Shown here: piece by piece, positions 20,007 to 29,156 of the stretch
How the letters are laid out: the number at the start of each line of letters is the position of its first letter
Position numbering within the stretch: position 1 is the stretch's first letter
NCBI GenBank assembly: GCA_903840015.1
Contig: CAIMEL010000024.1
Coordinates: 1,057-65,056, forward strand
Source: an uncultured bacterium
Lineage (GTDB): Bacteria > Patescibacteriota > Dojkabacteria > SC72
DNA: 64,000 nt
Direction of reading: 5' to 3'
Position numbers and translations under genes: made by a program
The notes under the pieces: model-generated
What the model saw: the letters and a program-made list of their open reading frames with translations, nothing else
Databases searched by the model: none
What the model was told of the DNA's origin: nothing

Positions 20007-20738
20007 TTGCTCAGCTTAGTGATTATTGCCGTAGTTGCAGGGGCAACGATTGCTGCTACACGAGCTTTCTTCACTAGCCAAGATGTGTTAGGTACTAACA
20101 CATTATCATCCGGCACCCTTTCCTTGGATCTAAATGGTGCTGAGACAAAAATAATTGGGCTTGGAAATGTCACTGGACTTGTTCCAGGAATGTCTACTCC
20201 AGAGGGCACAATTATTGTAAATAATGTTGGTACAGAGAACTTTGCTTGGGTTGGCAAATTCCTCCTAAGTGGTGACTCTCAATTGCCGAAAATCATTTAC
20301 ATCAAAGATATGAAGATGGAATTCCTGAAACCAGATACTACAACTTGGGAACCATCAGATCATTTCATTAAAGATGGTAAAGGATACGGATCATGGCCAA
20401 CTTACTATAACAGTTTAGCAGCATCCGATCCACTTGGGGTAATATCATTAAAAACCTGGAATGAAAATTACTCTGGTATGATACCTCCTTATCCATTCTT
20501 TGAAGGAGCTTTAAAACCAGGGTACCAGTACAAGCTAACCTTCACTTTGGCAATGCATACTTCTGCAACAAACACCTATATGGGCAGAACAATGGGACTT
20601 GGTTTCCAAGCCAATGCAACACAAATAAATGCTGAGGCAGTAGCAGATATGATATCCGGACTAATAGGGGCAACTTACCCTGCAAGTTCTGTTGATATGA
20701 CTTGGTTGAACGCTCAAATCGCAAAACAAGTTCTTTAA
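20007..20738 (+). CDS. TasA/camelysin-like secreted protein with a SipW-cognate-class signal peptide (TTG start)
   Basis: N-terminus MLSLVIIAVVAGATIAATRAFFTSQDVLGTNTLSSGTLSLDL parallels Bacillus TasA (..AFNDIKSKDATFASGTLDL). Beta-rich body with no Cys. Lies immediately upstream of a SipW homolog. Confidence 0.55.
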   Translation: MLSLVIIAVVAGATIAATRAFFTSQDVLGTNTLSSGTLSLDLNGAETKIIGLGNVTGLVPGMSTPEGTIIVNNVGTENFAWVGKFLLSGDSQLPKIIYIKDMKMEFLKPDTTTWEPSDHFIKDGKGYGSWPTYYNSLAASDPLGVISLKTWNENYSGMIPPYPFFEGALKPGYQYKLTFTLAMHTSATNTYMGRTMGLGFQANATQINAEAVADMISGLIGATYPASSVDMTWLNAQIAKQVL

Positions 20739-20786
20739 TTCGTTATACATTCTCAACCCTGGTTAACCAAGTAACCAGGGTTCGAG

Positions 20787-21359
20787 GTGAATCTTATTAA
20801 AAACACTATGGCACAGAAAAAGAAAAATTTGATGAATTTACTAAAAAATTTTTTATTTTTCATTGTTATAGTCTTCTTAATAGCTTTCATAGCTATAATT
20901 TTACTGATGAAGTTCAATACAAACAGCAACCTAAATTTCTTCACAGTTCTCTCTGGTTCAATGGAACCACAAATTCCTTCTGGTAGCCTAATTCTCACAA
21001 GAGTGGAAAATGAGTACAATATAAATGATGTGATTACATTCGTACCAACTCCAGAAACTCAGGTTCCGATAACACACAGAATTATTAACATCGAAAGAAA
21101 GAATGACGAAGTAATATACTACTCAAAAGGAGATGCAAATAACGCTCCAGATAATATTCCTGTGACAAAAAATCAGATTTTGGGAAAGATCATATTTACT
21201 ATACCTTTTCTTGGAAAACTTTTCGCTTATGCAAAGACCCAAACCGGATTTATTTTGCTTGTGATTCTACCGGCTTGTGTAATAATCATTTCCGAAATTG
21301 TCTCTATGAAGAAGGAAATAACTATTTTAAAAAAGAATAATGAAAAAACTCTTTCTTAA
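20787..21359 (+). CDS. sipW: Signal peptidase I, archaeal/SipW type (S26B)
   Basis: N-terminal TM helix, catalytic-Ser box FFTVLSGSMEPQIPSGSLIL, catalytic His in ITHRIINI, and KGDANNAPD box. Architecture and size match SipW/Sec11-type enzymes. Confidence 0.75.
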   Translation: MNLIKNTMAQKKKNLMNLLKNFLFFIVIVFLIAFIAIILLMKFNTNSNLNFFTVLSGSMEPQIPSGSLILTRVENEYNINDVITFVPTPETQVPITHRIINIERKNDEVIYYSKGDANNAPDNIPVTKNQILGKIIFTIPFLGKLFAYAKTQTGFILLVILPACVIIISEIVSMKKEITILKKNNEKTLS

Positions 21360-21984
21360 AATTCTCGCTATCTATACCCTAATCTTGTTACCACAGGTAC
21401 CATTCAGTATTGCCTTTCTGTTAGATGAAGAAATTTTGGATACCAGTTTAATTACCACAGGAACGTGGGCTCAAGAATCAGTGATAATTAACGAAGTTAT
21501 GTGGATGGGATCTTCCGTATCTGATCGCGACGAATGGATAGAATTAAGAAATCTTTCGAATCAAGAGGTTGATATATCCCACTGGAAGCTGTACGGGGCA
21601 GTTGCAGTATATAATGGTCATCTCGAAATCCCAGCAAAGCAGTCAATTGCTCCTAATGGCCTTTATTTAATTGCTAACAAATACGAAACTGACAAAACTA
21701 GCAACCTTAACACACAAGTCAATCTACGATCAACAAGCATTAATCTAGATGACAACTACTTCATAAATGGCCCTCTAATACTCAAAAATCGAAATAATAT
21801 GGAAATTGATCGCACTCCAGTTCAAACAACATGGCCAGCAGGATTAAATGCGGAAACAAAACATTCAATGCAACGAGACCCTGAACTCAATTGGTACTCT
21901 TGTACCAATCTATTATGTGCGTCTGTAACATTCTGGGATATCGTCAGCCAGGACTATGGAACTCCAGGGGCTGAGAACCTCTAA
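21340..21984 (+). CDS. secreted lamin-tail-domain (LTD) protein with a SipW-cognate-like signal peptide
   Basis: Signal region ..SIAFLLDEEILDTSLITTGTWAQ (AF..D.E....TGT motif as in the TasA-like neighbour). The LTD core VIINEVMWMGSSVSDRDEWIELRNLSNQEVDISHWKL..GLYLIAN matches PF00932. Confidence 0.55.
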   Translation: MKKLFLKILAIYTLILLPQVPFSIAFLLDEEILDTSLITTGTWAQESVIINEVMWMGSSVSDRDEWIELRNLSNQEVDISHWKLYGAVAVYNGHLEIPAKQSIAPNGLYLIANKYETDKTSNLNTQVNLRSTSINLDDNYFINGPLILKNRNNMEIDRTPVQTTWPAGLNAETKHSMQRDPELNWYSCTNLLCASVTFWDIVSQDYGTPGAENL

Positions 21985-22022
21985 TCCTTGTCCCAAAGCC
22001 ATTTCTGTGATATAATAGTAGT

Positions 22023-22169
22023 ATGAAAATATTAATACTGCTTTTAGCAATAACCAATCTACTCATATCTCCTCTCTTACTTAAAGAGAATGAAATAGAA
22101 GTAGATACATCTGAAGATATCCTCTCTGAAGGTATTTCTGATCCTTCATATATAACAGAGGTCAAATAA
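22023..22169 (+). CDS. possible small secreted peptide (48 aa), not in the ORF track
   Basis: ATG..TAA reading MKILILLLAITNLLISPLLLKENEIEVDTSEDILSEGISDPSYITEVK: hydrophobic N-terminus plus acidic tail. No homology evidence. Confidence 0.2.
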   Translation: MKILILLLAITNLLISPLLLKENEIEVDTSEDILSEGISDPSYITEVK

Positions 22170-22215
22170 TCCAAAAAGTTTTTGTCATACTCTCTTTTTT
22201 AAGCTAGAATAAACA

Positions 22216-22782
22216 ATGCTTAAAAAGAAAATTGCAAGAACAATATCCGAAATATCAAATGGATTCCTAACCATGATACTAACTCCACTCATTGGAGTCA
22301 TATCATCTACACTAACTACAAAAGACAAACTCATATACTCCCTAACATACCTCCTCATACCCATCCTACCCTACCTACTACTAAAAAAACTTGGAAAGAT
22401 TACAGATTACGAATTCACAAAAAGAGAAGAAAGACCCCCATACTTCATAACAGTAACACTACTCTTCGGTATAACATACCTAGTACTGAAAGAAACAGGT
22501 ATACAAATTTTAACCAACATATCACTCAATGTGTTCCTGGTATCAGGAATCATAACTCTCATAACCTTCTTCTGGAAAATATCTGGTCATATGACCTACT
22601 CAACCATCCTCTTCGCAACACTAATCTACATATTCAATCAACCATTACTCCTTCTACTCTTCCTCTTCTCCCCTTTCATTGCTTGGTCTAGAATAGTGTT
22701 AGAAAAACACACACTTTCTCAAGTAACTTGGGGAACATTACTTCCTCTCACTATTTCCATTCTCATTTATTGGGGTTTTTGA
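22216..22782 (+). CDS. PAP2-family membrane phosphatase
   Basis: Multi-TM. SGH (WKISGHMTYS) and SRIVLEKHTLSQV fit PAP2 motifs 2 and 3 (PSGH ... SR-x5-H-x3-D). Confidence 0.5.
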   Translation: MLKKKIARTISEISNGFLTMILTPLIGVISSTLTTKDKLIYSLTYLLIPILPYLLLKKLGKITDYEFTKREERPPYFITVTLLFGITYLVLKETGIQILTNISLNVFLVSGIITLITFFWKISGHMTYSTILFATLIYIFNQPLLLLLFLFSPFIAWSRIVLEKHTLSQVTWGTLLPLTISILIYWGF

Positions 22783-22796
22783 TAGAATACAGAAAT

Positions 22797-24245
22797 ATGA
22801 ACCTTACAATAACAGAATTAAGAGAAAAACTACTCAAAAAAGAAATATCTGCAACAGAAATAGTAAATTACTACCTAAAACGGATTTCAGAACTTGATTC
22901 CAAACTAAACTCCTACATAACTGTAAACAGTGAAGAATCACTAGAAAAAGCAAAACTCTTCGACAACAACTTCAACAAATACAAAGACAGAAAACTAGCA
23001 GGAATCCCTGTATCAGCCAAAGACGTCTTCTCAACAAAAAACATACTAACAACCTGTGCTTCACACATACTAGATGGATACAAACCTGTATACAATGCAA
23101 CAGTAATACAAAAGATACTCAACCAAGAAGCAATACTCCTTGGAAAAACAAATCTAGATCAATTCTGTCATGGATCTGGTACTGCAACATCCTACTACGG
23201 ACCCTCTAGAAACCCCTGGAACACACAAATGCTTCCTGGAGGATCAAGTGGTGGTTCTGCCGCTGCATTAGCTGCAGATCTCTGTACAGCAACCCTGGGG
23301 ACCGAAACAGCAGGCTCCCTAAGACTACCTGCTTCCTGGTGTGGACTAGTTGGCCTGAAACCAACATATGGAAGAGTATCTAGATATGGTGTACTTGCCA
23401 TGGGTTCATCCTTGGATTGTCCGGGTCCAATATCAAAATCAGTCGAAGACAGTGCATATATGTTAGAGATCATAGCTGGACATGACATCAATGATTTCAC
23501 TTCATCTGAATCAAAAGTTCCTGAATACAGTAAGAATTTAGATATTTCAAAAATCAAATCTCTCAAACTAGCACTTCCAAAAGAATATCTTGAACTAGAA
23601 CTTGAAGGTGGAGTTAGAAAAAACTTTCTAAACAGCATCCAAATCCTCAAAGATATGGGAGTAAATATAGAGGAAGTAAGCATACTAGATCCTGCATTCG
23701 CAATTGCGGTATATACCATAACTTGTAGAAGTGAAGTCTCTTCCAATCTTGCAAGATATGATGGAACAAGGTTTGGATTAGAGGGTAGTAAAAATGGAAA
23801 CATCAAAGAGTACTATGAATCTACAAGAGGTGAAGGTTTTGGACCAGAACCAAAAAGAAGAGTAATGACAGGAACATTCTCCCTCTCTGCTGGGTATGCA
23901 GATGAATACTTTAGGAAATCAGAACAGGTTAGACAGCTCATCAAAGAAGATTTAGACAAAGTACTTTCGAAGTACGACGCTATCGTAGCACCCACCACTC
24001 CATCTGTAGCATTAACAGACAAAGATGCAGAAAATCCTCTCTTCGGAGAACTAGCAGATGTCCTTGCAGAAGGAAGTTCTGAAGCTGGTTTACCTGGTAT
24101 AACGATACCTTCTGGTTTAAGTAACAACATGCCTACAGGAATACAGTTCATTGGTAGATATTTTGATGAACAAACAATTCTCAATCTTGCATATGCATTA
24201 GAGAAACAGGTAGGCAGATTGATATTAGATACAGGTAAGATATAA
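22797..24245 (+). CDS. gatA: Glu-tRNA(Gln) amidotransferase subunit A
   Basis: MNLTITELREKLLKKEISATEI.., amidase signature GGSSGGSAAALAA; the start is taken at the internal Met of the longer ORF. Confidence 0.9.
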   Translation: MNLTITELREKLLKKEISATEIVNYYLKRISELDSKLNSYITVNSEESLEKAKLFDNNFNKYKDRKLAGIPVSAKDVFSTKNILTTCASHILDGYKPVYNATVIQKILNQEAILLGKTNLDQFCHGSGTATSYYGPSRNPWNTQMLPGGSSGGSAAALAADLCTATLGTETAGSLRLPASWCGLVGLKPTYGRVSRYGVLAMGSSLDCPGPISKSVEDSAYMLEIIAGHDINDFTSSESKVPEYSKNLDISKIKSLKLALPKEYLELELEGGVRKNFLNSIQILKDMGVNIEEVSILDPAFAIAVYTITCRSEVSSNLARYDGTRFGLEGSKNGNIKEYYESTRGEGFGPEPKRRVMTGTFSLSAGYADEYFRKSEQVRQLIKEDLDKVLSKYDAIVAPTTPSVALTDKDAENPLFGELADVLAEGSSEAGLPGITIPSGLSNNMPTGIQFIGRYFDEQTILNLAYALEKQVGRLILDTGKI

Positions 24246-24252
24246 TTGGGGA

Positions 24253-25383
24253 ATGAATGTAACTAAAATACTCTCCATCATCGGCATTATCATCGGTATC
24301 TCATTACTCTCTCTGTATTTCTTTCTCCTTCAAACAAAACCATCTGATATCCCAAACAGTGGAAACACTATTATTCAAAACACAGATACAGAAGAAAAGG
24401 TTGATGAATCAGTACAGGAGAAAGAAGAAGAAATAGTTCCAGAATATATTCTTCTTGAATCTGGTTGGATACCAAATTGGGCTTTTGATCTTGGTTTTGA
24501 AAGCCTAAAACAAAACAAAGAAATCGTCTCTACTGTTAATCCAGTACTCTACACCATCAACAAAGAAGGTAAACTTGAATCAAGAGGTATACCTAAAAGT
24601 AAAATACAGGAACTAATAACATACTCCAAAGCAAACAATATCAGAGTAATACCTACCATAGGGTCATACAATGAAGGAAGTATAGATGCTTTGTTGAAAG
24701 ATTCTACAAATATACAGAGAAATATTTCAGATATATTGAAAGAGATAGAGATATATAATTTCGATGGTATTGATTTAGACTTTGAAATAATCAATGAAAA
24801 CAGCAAAGAGAAATATATTGGATATATTACTTTACTCAAAACCAACCTATCTGAGAAAAACAAACTACTCTCATTAACACTCTTTGCCCAATGGAATGAT
24901 GCTAAATATACAGATCATGAATCAACTAGAAAAGTTCAAGATTATGAATATCTTGGGAATATAGCTGATGAAGTAAGAATAATGGCATACGACTACACAA
25001 GAGCAACATCAAAAAAACCAGGGCCCATTGGTCCACTTGATTGGATAGAGGATATTCTTGAATATGCAACTTCGAAAATTCCTAAAGAGAAAATATGGCT
25101 AGGAGTCCATCTGTATAGTTATGAATGGGTAGGTACAAGAACAGAGGCATTAACAAATGTTAGTGTACAAAAGCTAATTTCCAAAGAAAACATAGCCTCA
25201 ACATACAAGAAAGATATTGGAGAGGGATATGCTAAATTTTCCTGTGTAAACAGTACAACAACATGCCAAATATATTTTCAAACAAAACAGGGGATACAGG
25301 ATAGAAGAGAAATTGCTAAAAGATTTCAGATAGCAGGGATATCCTACTGGAGATTAGGCGGAGAGTTAGATTTACTTAGATAG
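24253..25383 (+). CDS. Glycoside hydrolase family 18 (chitinase-like, YdhD/YaaH-like) with an N-terminal membrane anchor
   Basis: GH18 catalytic motif FDGIDLDFE (DxxDxDxE); N-terminal TM helix. Confidence 0.7.
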   Translation: MNVTKILSIIGIIIGISLLSLYFFLLQTKPSDIPNSGNTIIQNTDTEEKVDESVQEKEEEIVPEYILLESGWIPNWAFDLGFESLKQNKEIVSTVNPVLYTINKEGKLESRGIPKSKIQELITYSKANNIRVIPTIGSYNEGSIDALLKDSTNIQRNISDILKEIEIYNFDGIDLDFEIINENSKEKYIGYITLLKTNLSEKNKLLSLTLFAQWNDAKYTDHESTRKVQDYEYLGNIADEVRIMAYDYTRATSKKPGPIGPLDWIEDILEYATSKIPKEKIWLGVHLYSYEWVGTRTEALTNVSVQKLISKENIASTYKKDIGEGYAKFSCVNSTTTCQIYFQTKQGIQDRREIAKRFQIAGISYWRLGGELDLLR

Positions 25384-25385
25384 TA

Positions 25386-26225
25386 CTAAGGTTGTAATAC
25401 TCCTTCAGTACTACCATTCACAGATATCACTACACTTTTAACAGTATCAAACTGTTTTAATGTATTTTCAATCTGAGATCTTACTCTAGAAACAAGACAT
25501 GAACCACCAGCAACTTCATTCAGTTTCTCATTTAAATCAACATATGCTACCCCTTCAGAAATTTTCAAAGAGTTAATACTTACACCCTCAGGAAGAGAGG
25601 TAAAATACCCTGCTGTTTTTTCATCTGCTATTGGACCAAGAAAAAGCTGTTCTAGTGAAGCCCTACCTACTCCCAATGTTTCAGGAATACTTCTTGTAAC
25701 AGAGTATGTATCTTCACAATTTAAAGCTGAGGGATCACTCTTGCTATTTCCAAAATATACTTTAACAGAGATATCCTCCGTTATGACAGCACAGGTCTTG
25801 CTAAATGTAACAGGGATTGAGAAAGAATCATCGTTCTCTGGTAAATCAGAAGGATTATCTTTTTTCAATACAATATTTCCACTACCTACGCATCCAGAAT
25901 CACACTTTATCTTTGAGTAAAAAGAAATATCTCCCTCCTTCGTCCATTCTTCTTCTGTTAAAGCTTGAGTCTCTAAAACGGTCTTTCCATCTACAACAAT
26001 ACTTACAGGGAAAGAACCTTCAAAGAACCATTGATTTGATATCTTTCCAGAAAGTTCAAATTCACAACCAACTTCAGTATTAGGTTGAGGATATGTTAAT
26101 TCCAAGGGTATACCTTTTTCGGTTTTCAATGAGGTATCTTCAGGAAATTTTTCTCGAAGAAAGTAATATCCTACTCCAAGAGTAAGGATGAAGAGAAGAA
26201 GGATTACTAAGAGCTTTTGACTCAT
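25386..26225 (-). CDS. secreted protein with a GerMN-like C-terminal domain
   Basis: Signal/TM at the N-terminus. C-terminal LNEVAGGSCLVSRVRSQIENTLKQFDTVKSVVISVNG resembles the GerMN (germane) domain. Confidence 0.35.
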   Translation of the reverse strand: MSQKLLVILLLFILTLGVGYYFLREKFPEDTSLKTEKGIPLELTYPQPNTEVGCEFELSGKISNQWFFEGSFPVSIVVDGKTVLETQALTEEEWTKEGDISFYSKIKCDSGCVGSGNIVLKKDNPSDLPENDDSFSIPVTFSKTCAVITEDISVKVYFGNSKSDPSALNCEDTYSVTRSIPETLGVGRASLEQLFLGPIADEKTAGYFTSLPEGVSINSLKISEGVAYVDLNEKLNEVAGGSCLVSRVRSQIENTLKQFDTVKSVVISVNGSTEGVLQP

Positions 26226-26299
26226 ATGTATATATATTCTAAGTTATTAGGATATTATACAACTTTTTTATACTAGTTTCCTTTCAAATCAATTAACTC

Positions 26300-27091
26300 C
26301 TAATCTTGGAAATCCAGATAATTAAAAATCTTCAAGGCGGTCTCTCGAACAAATGAATCTTCTGTCTCCTGGAGGATTCTTACCTCGTAGAGATACTCCG
26401 GCGTTGCAAAAATTGTGTAAGAGTATTCTGACAGACCTTCTTTAACCGTCAAATCAATTACTTCTTTACTCCACCTAGAAGTTTTTTCAAAAGACACTAG
26501 GAAATATTCTGCAGCTTCCAAGCTCATTTCCTTTGACACATCATCATACGCATTGTATTTGGCAATTCCATTCTTTAAATTCTCTAAAAGAGTATCATTA
26601 TTAAGCTTCGCTATATTAGGGATACAGGTAACAGAAATTGCAGCTGGTATATATCCACTCCCCCCCTCCTCTGCAGGGGCAAACATCATAGTCTCTTGCT
26701 CATGAGAATCACTATTCCAAGTTTCTAACTTTGACAACATATGGGGATATACGCCCCCATGAGGGAATTGCCAAAAACTTCCATCGGTTGGGTCAACATA
26801 TGGATTTGAACGAGGAGGCACAGGAAAACTAACTGAACATTCCTCCGCCAACTTGTATTCCCAGCCGGAGGGAAGAGATTCTTTCTTTTCTTCGGTATCA
26901 ATTGGTAGATCTATTTCATTTTCATCTACATCTGAATTCTGTATTGATTGCTTCCCAAGGTAAAAGCCAACAGCACCAGACACAAAAATAGCAATAATTA
27001 ATAACAGGAGAACAATTAAATTGAAACGTTTGGATTCGGTCTTAGTGAGATTTGGTAATGGTTCAGAATTGGGAATTTGTTGATCCAGCAT
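26300..27091 (-). CDS. hypothetical membrane-anchored extracytoplasmic protein
   Basis: TM helix LIVLLLLIIAIFVSGAVGFYL; no recognised motifs. Confidence 0.4.
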   Translation of the reverse strand: MLDQQIPNSEPLPNLTKTESKRFNLIVLLLLIIAIFVSGAVGFYLGKQSIQNSDVDENEIDLPIDTEEKKESLPSGWEYKLAEECSVSFPVPPRSNPYVDPTDGSFWQFPHGGVYPHMLSKLETWNSDSHEQETMMFAPAEEGGSGYIPAAISVTCIPNIAKLNNDTLLENLKNGIAKYNAYDDVSKEMSLEAAEYFLVSFEKTSRWSKEVIDLTVKEGLSEYSYTIFATPEYLYEVRILQETEDSFVRETALKIFNYLDFQD

Positions 27092-27122
27092 GGCATCGGC
27101 AGTATAACAAATTATTCGAATA

Positions 27123-27196
27123 TGAGGCGCCTGGGACTCGGACCCAGCACCTACTGCTTAAAAGGCAGTTGCTCTAACCGGATGAGCTAGCGCCCC
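27123..27196 (-). tRNA. tRNA-Lys (anticodon UUU)
   Basis: Reverse complement GGGGCGC-TA-GCTC ATCCGGTTA GAGC-A-ACTGC CTTTTAA GCAGT-AGGTG-CTGGG TCCGAGT CCCAG-GCGCCTC-A. Confidence 0.85.
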
Positions 27197-27221
27197 ACAT
27201 ATATAACTTGCGATTATACCT

Positions 27222-27737
27222 TTAGGAGAATTTGTTTTCAAGGATATTCCAATCAATCTTCTCAATCCAAAACCTTGTAATATCACCAACATTCTCATTC
27301 AACATCCTCAATTCATCGAAATTCATCCACCACTCTTTTTCTGATTCGTTCCTGTCAGGATGAAGTTCTTCACCCTTCCAAAGAGCAATATAGAATTTCG
27401 TGTATTCGGTTTGACTCTCAAATCTGAAAATATGGGTATCCAACTCATGGAACTCTTCTCCTTCAAAACCTAACTCCTCTTGAAAGCCCCGAGCAACTGC
27501 ATCGGTTAGAGACTCTCCTGACAAAACATGCTCCCCAAGAAAACAACTCTTTCCCCCATCAAACTTCTTAGTAGTAGATCTCTTCGTCATCAAAACTCTC
27601 TTCGTCTTAGCATCATACAAAGTAAAATGCACGGCTGGGTGGATTAAACTTTTGTTCCTGTGACATTCAGAGCGTACCCTGTTACCAATCACATTGCCTT
27701 GCTCATCAACAATATCGACAATCTCTGTATCACTCAT
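27222..27737 (-). CDS. NUDIX hydrolase
   Basis: Nudix box GEHVLSGESLTDAVARGFQEELGF (G-x5-E-x7-REU-x-EE-x-GU). Confidence 0.75.
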   Translation of the reverse strand: MSDTEIVDIVDEQGNVIGNRVRSECHRNKSLIHPAVHFTLYDAKTKRVLMTKRSTTKKFDGGKSCFLGEHVLSGESLTDAVARGFQEELGFEGEEFHELDTHIFRFESQTEYTKFYIALWKGEELHPDRNESEKEWWMNFDELRMLNENVGDITRFWIEKIDWNILENKFS

Positions 27738-28429
27738 AGCTTTTTTCTTAAAAATTTAGGAACAGGATTAAAACTCCTCCTATGTATCTCACAAGCCCCA
27801 TACTCCTTCAAAGCTTCAATATGTTTCTTAGTACCATATCCAACATGTGACTCAAAACCATATTCAGGATATTTTTTAGCATAATCATACATAATCCTGT
27901 CTCTTGTAACCTTTGCCAAAACTGATGCAGCAGAAATACTGTAATGTTGTAAATCTCCTGCTTTAATCTTCACCATCTTGTATTTAGGAATAGTAAGGAT
28001 ATTCTCCCCATCCGCTATAATGTAGTCAACCTTCGAATCCAATTTTCTTTCAACAATATCCAAAGCTATACTCATAGCTTCTAAAACTGCCTTCTGTATA
28101 CCCATACGATCAATATCTTTCGCACTAACAATACCCACCCCAAAGGCTGTAGAAAGTTCTTGAATCTTTTCAAAAGATAACTCTCTCTGTTTCTCTGTCA
28201 TCTTCTTACTATCTCTAACCTCGGGAACAACCTGATTCCCATTCAATATCACAACTGCACCAGCTACAACAGGCCCTGCCAAGGGACCCCTTCCTGCTTC
28301 ATCCAGCCCTACAACATAATGGAAACCTTCACTCCATAATTTCTTCTCTAGTTCTGTATCTGGATATATCATATGTATATATGTTAGCATATATGATATG
28401 AAAAAGATTTTTCTAACCCTTCTCTGCAT
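27734..28429 (-). CDS. rnhB: Ribonuclease HII (the true start is probably the internal Met at MIYPD.., about 19 codons in)
   Basis: VVGLDEAGRGPLAGPVVAGAV and RNase HII catalytic residues; ATGA overlap with the downstream NUDIX gene. Confidence 0.85.
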   Translation of the reverse strand: MQRRVRKIFFISYMLTYIHMIYPDTELEKKLWSEGFHYVVGLDEAGRGPLAGPVVAGAVVILNGNQVVPEVRDSKKMTEKQRELSFEKIQELSTAFGVGIVSAKDIDRMGIQKAVLEAMSIALDIVERKLDSKVDYIIADGENILTIPKYKMVKIKAGDLQHYSISAASVLAKVTRDRIMYDYAKKYPEYGFESHVGYGTKKHIEALKEYGACEIHRRSFNPVPKFLRKKL

Positions 28430-28670
28430 CTTCTGTCTTTACCTTCCAACATCTACTGTTCTTGCTCAAACAGAAACCAAAGAACCAACTTCTGTTACAA
28501 TTGAGGAAAGCACAGAGACACAGCAGAATGAAACAGAAGAGAATCAACCTCAAGTTACTGAGACTAATACCGAATCCAAATATTCTTTCTCAACAATTCT
28601 TCTAGCTATACTTGCACCCTGTCTGTTAATAGTGATTACATATTTTCTTCTTCGCTTTTTTAAATTCTAA
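28398..28670 (+). CDS. small secreted, C-terminally anchored Thr/Glu-rich protein
   Basis: Signal peptide LLCIFCLYLPTSTVLAQT, low-complexity T/E/Q linker, C-terminal TM helix ILLAILAPCLLIVITYFLL. Confidence 0.4.
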   Translation: MKKIFLTLLCIFCLYLPTSTVLAQTETKEPTSVTIEESTETQQNETEENQPQVTETNTESKYSFSTILLAILAPCLLIVITYFLLRFFKF

Positions 28671-28697
28671 ATATTTAATTTTACTTTTACAAAACAT

Positions 28698-29066
28698 ATG
28701 AGAAATGAAGACCCTATGGCCTTTTTCAAAGGAATGCTCTTCGGGGCAGTCGCAGGAGCCGTTGCTGGCTTACTTCTAGCTCCCAAATCAGGGAGGGAGA
28801 CTAGAGAGGATATCAAGAAGCTTGCCGTTGATATGCAGGAAAAAGCAGTCGATATATATGAGGATGCGAAAAAAGAATTAAGAAAGAAGATTGCTGCAGT
28901 TAAGACAGCAGGAGAATTAGTTGATGAGACAAAGTACAGAGTATTGGTCAGACAGGTTGTAAATGAATACAAGAAAGATGCTAAAGTAACAGCTTCTGTT
29001 GCAGAGAAACTAGGAGAACAGCTTAAAGCTGATTGGGTACTAGTAAAAAAGGAATTGATGAAGTAG
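28698..29066 (+). CDS. YtxH-like (DUF948) general stress protein
   Basis: GMLFGAVAGAVAGLLLAPKSGRETREDIKK matches the YtxH N-terminal motif; coiled-coil remainder. Confidence 0.55.
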   Translation: MRNEDPMAFFKGMLFGAVAGAVAGLLLAPKSGRETREDIKKLAVDMQEKAVDIYEDAKKELRKKIAAVKTAGELVDETKYRVLVRQVVNEYKKDAKVTASVAEKLGEQLKADWVLVKKELMK

Positions 29067-29156
29067 TAAAGGATTAAGAGAGGTGCCAAGAAGCATAGTG
29101 GTTAGACCACATATCAAGGCACCCCCCTGTCCTTTTTCCAAGAGAGAGAGTGAAAC

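Noticed and set aside
28365-28385. Apparent 1-nt inconsistency between my manual reverse translation and the ORF-track protein near the rnhB start
   Set aside because: Almost certainly my own counting error over an AT-repeat (atatatcatatgtata). The ORF-track length arithmetic is self-consistent, so no frameshift is claimed.
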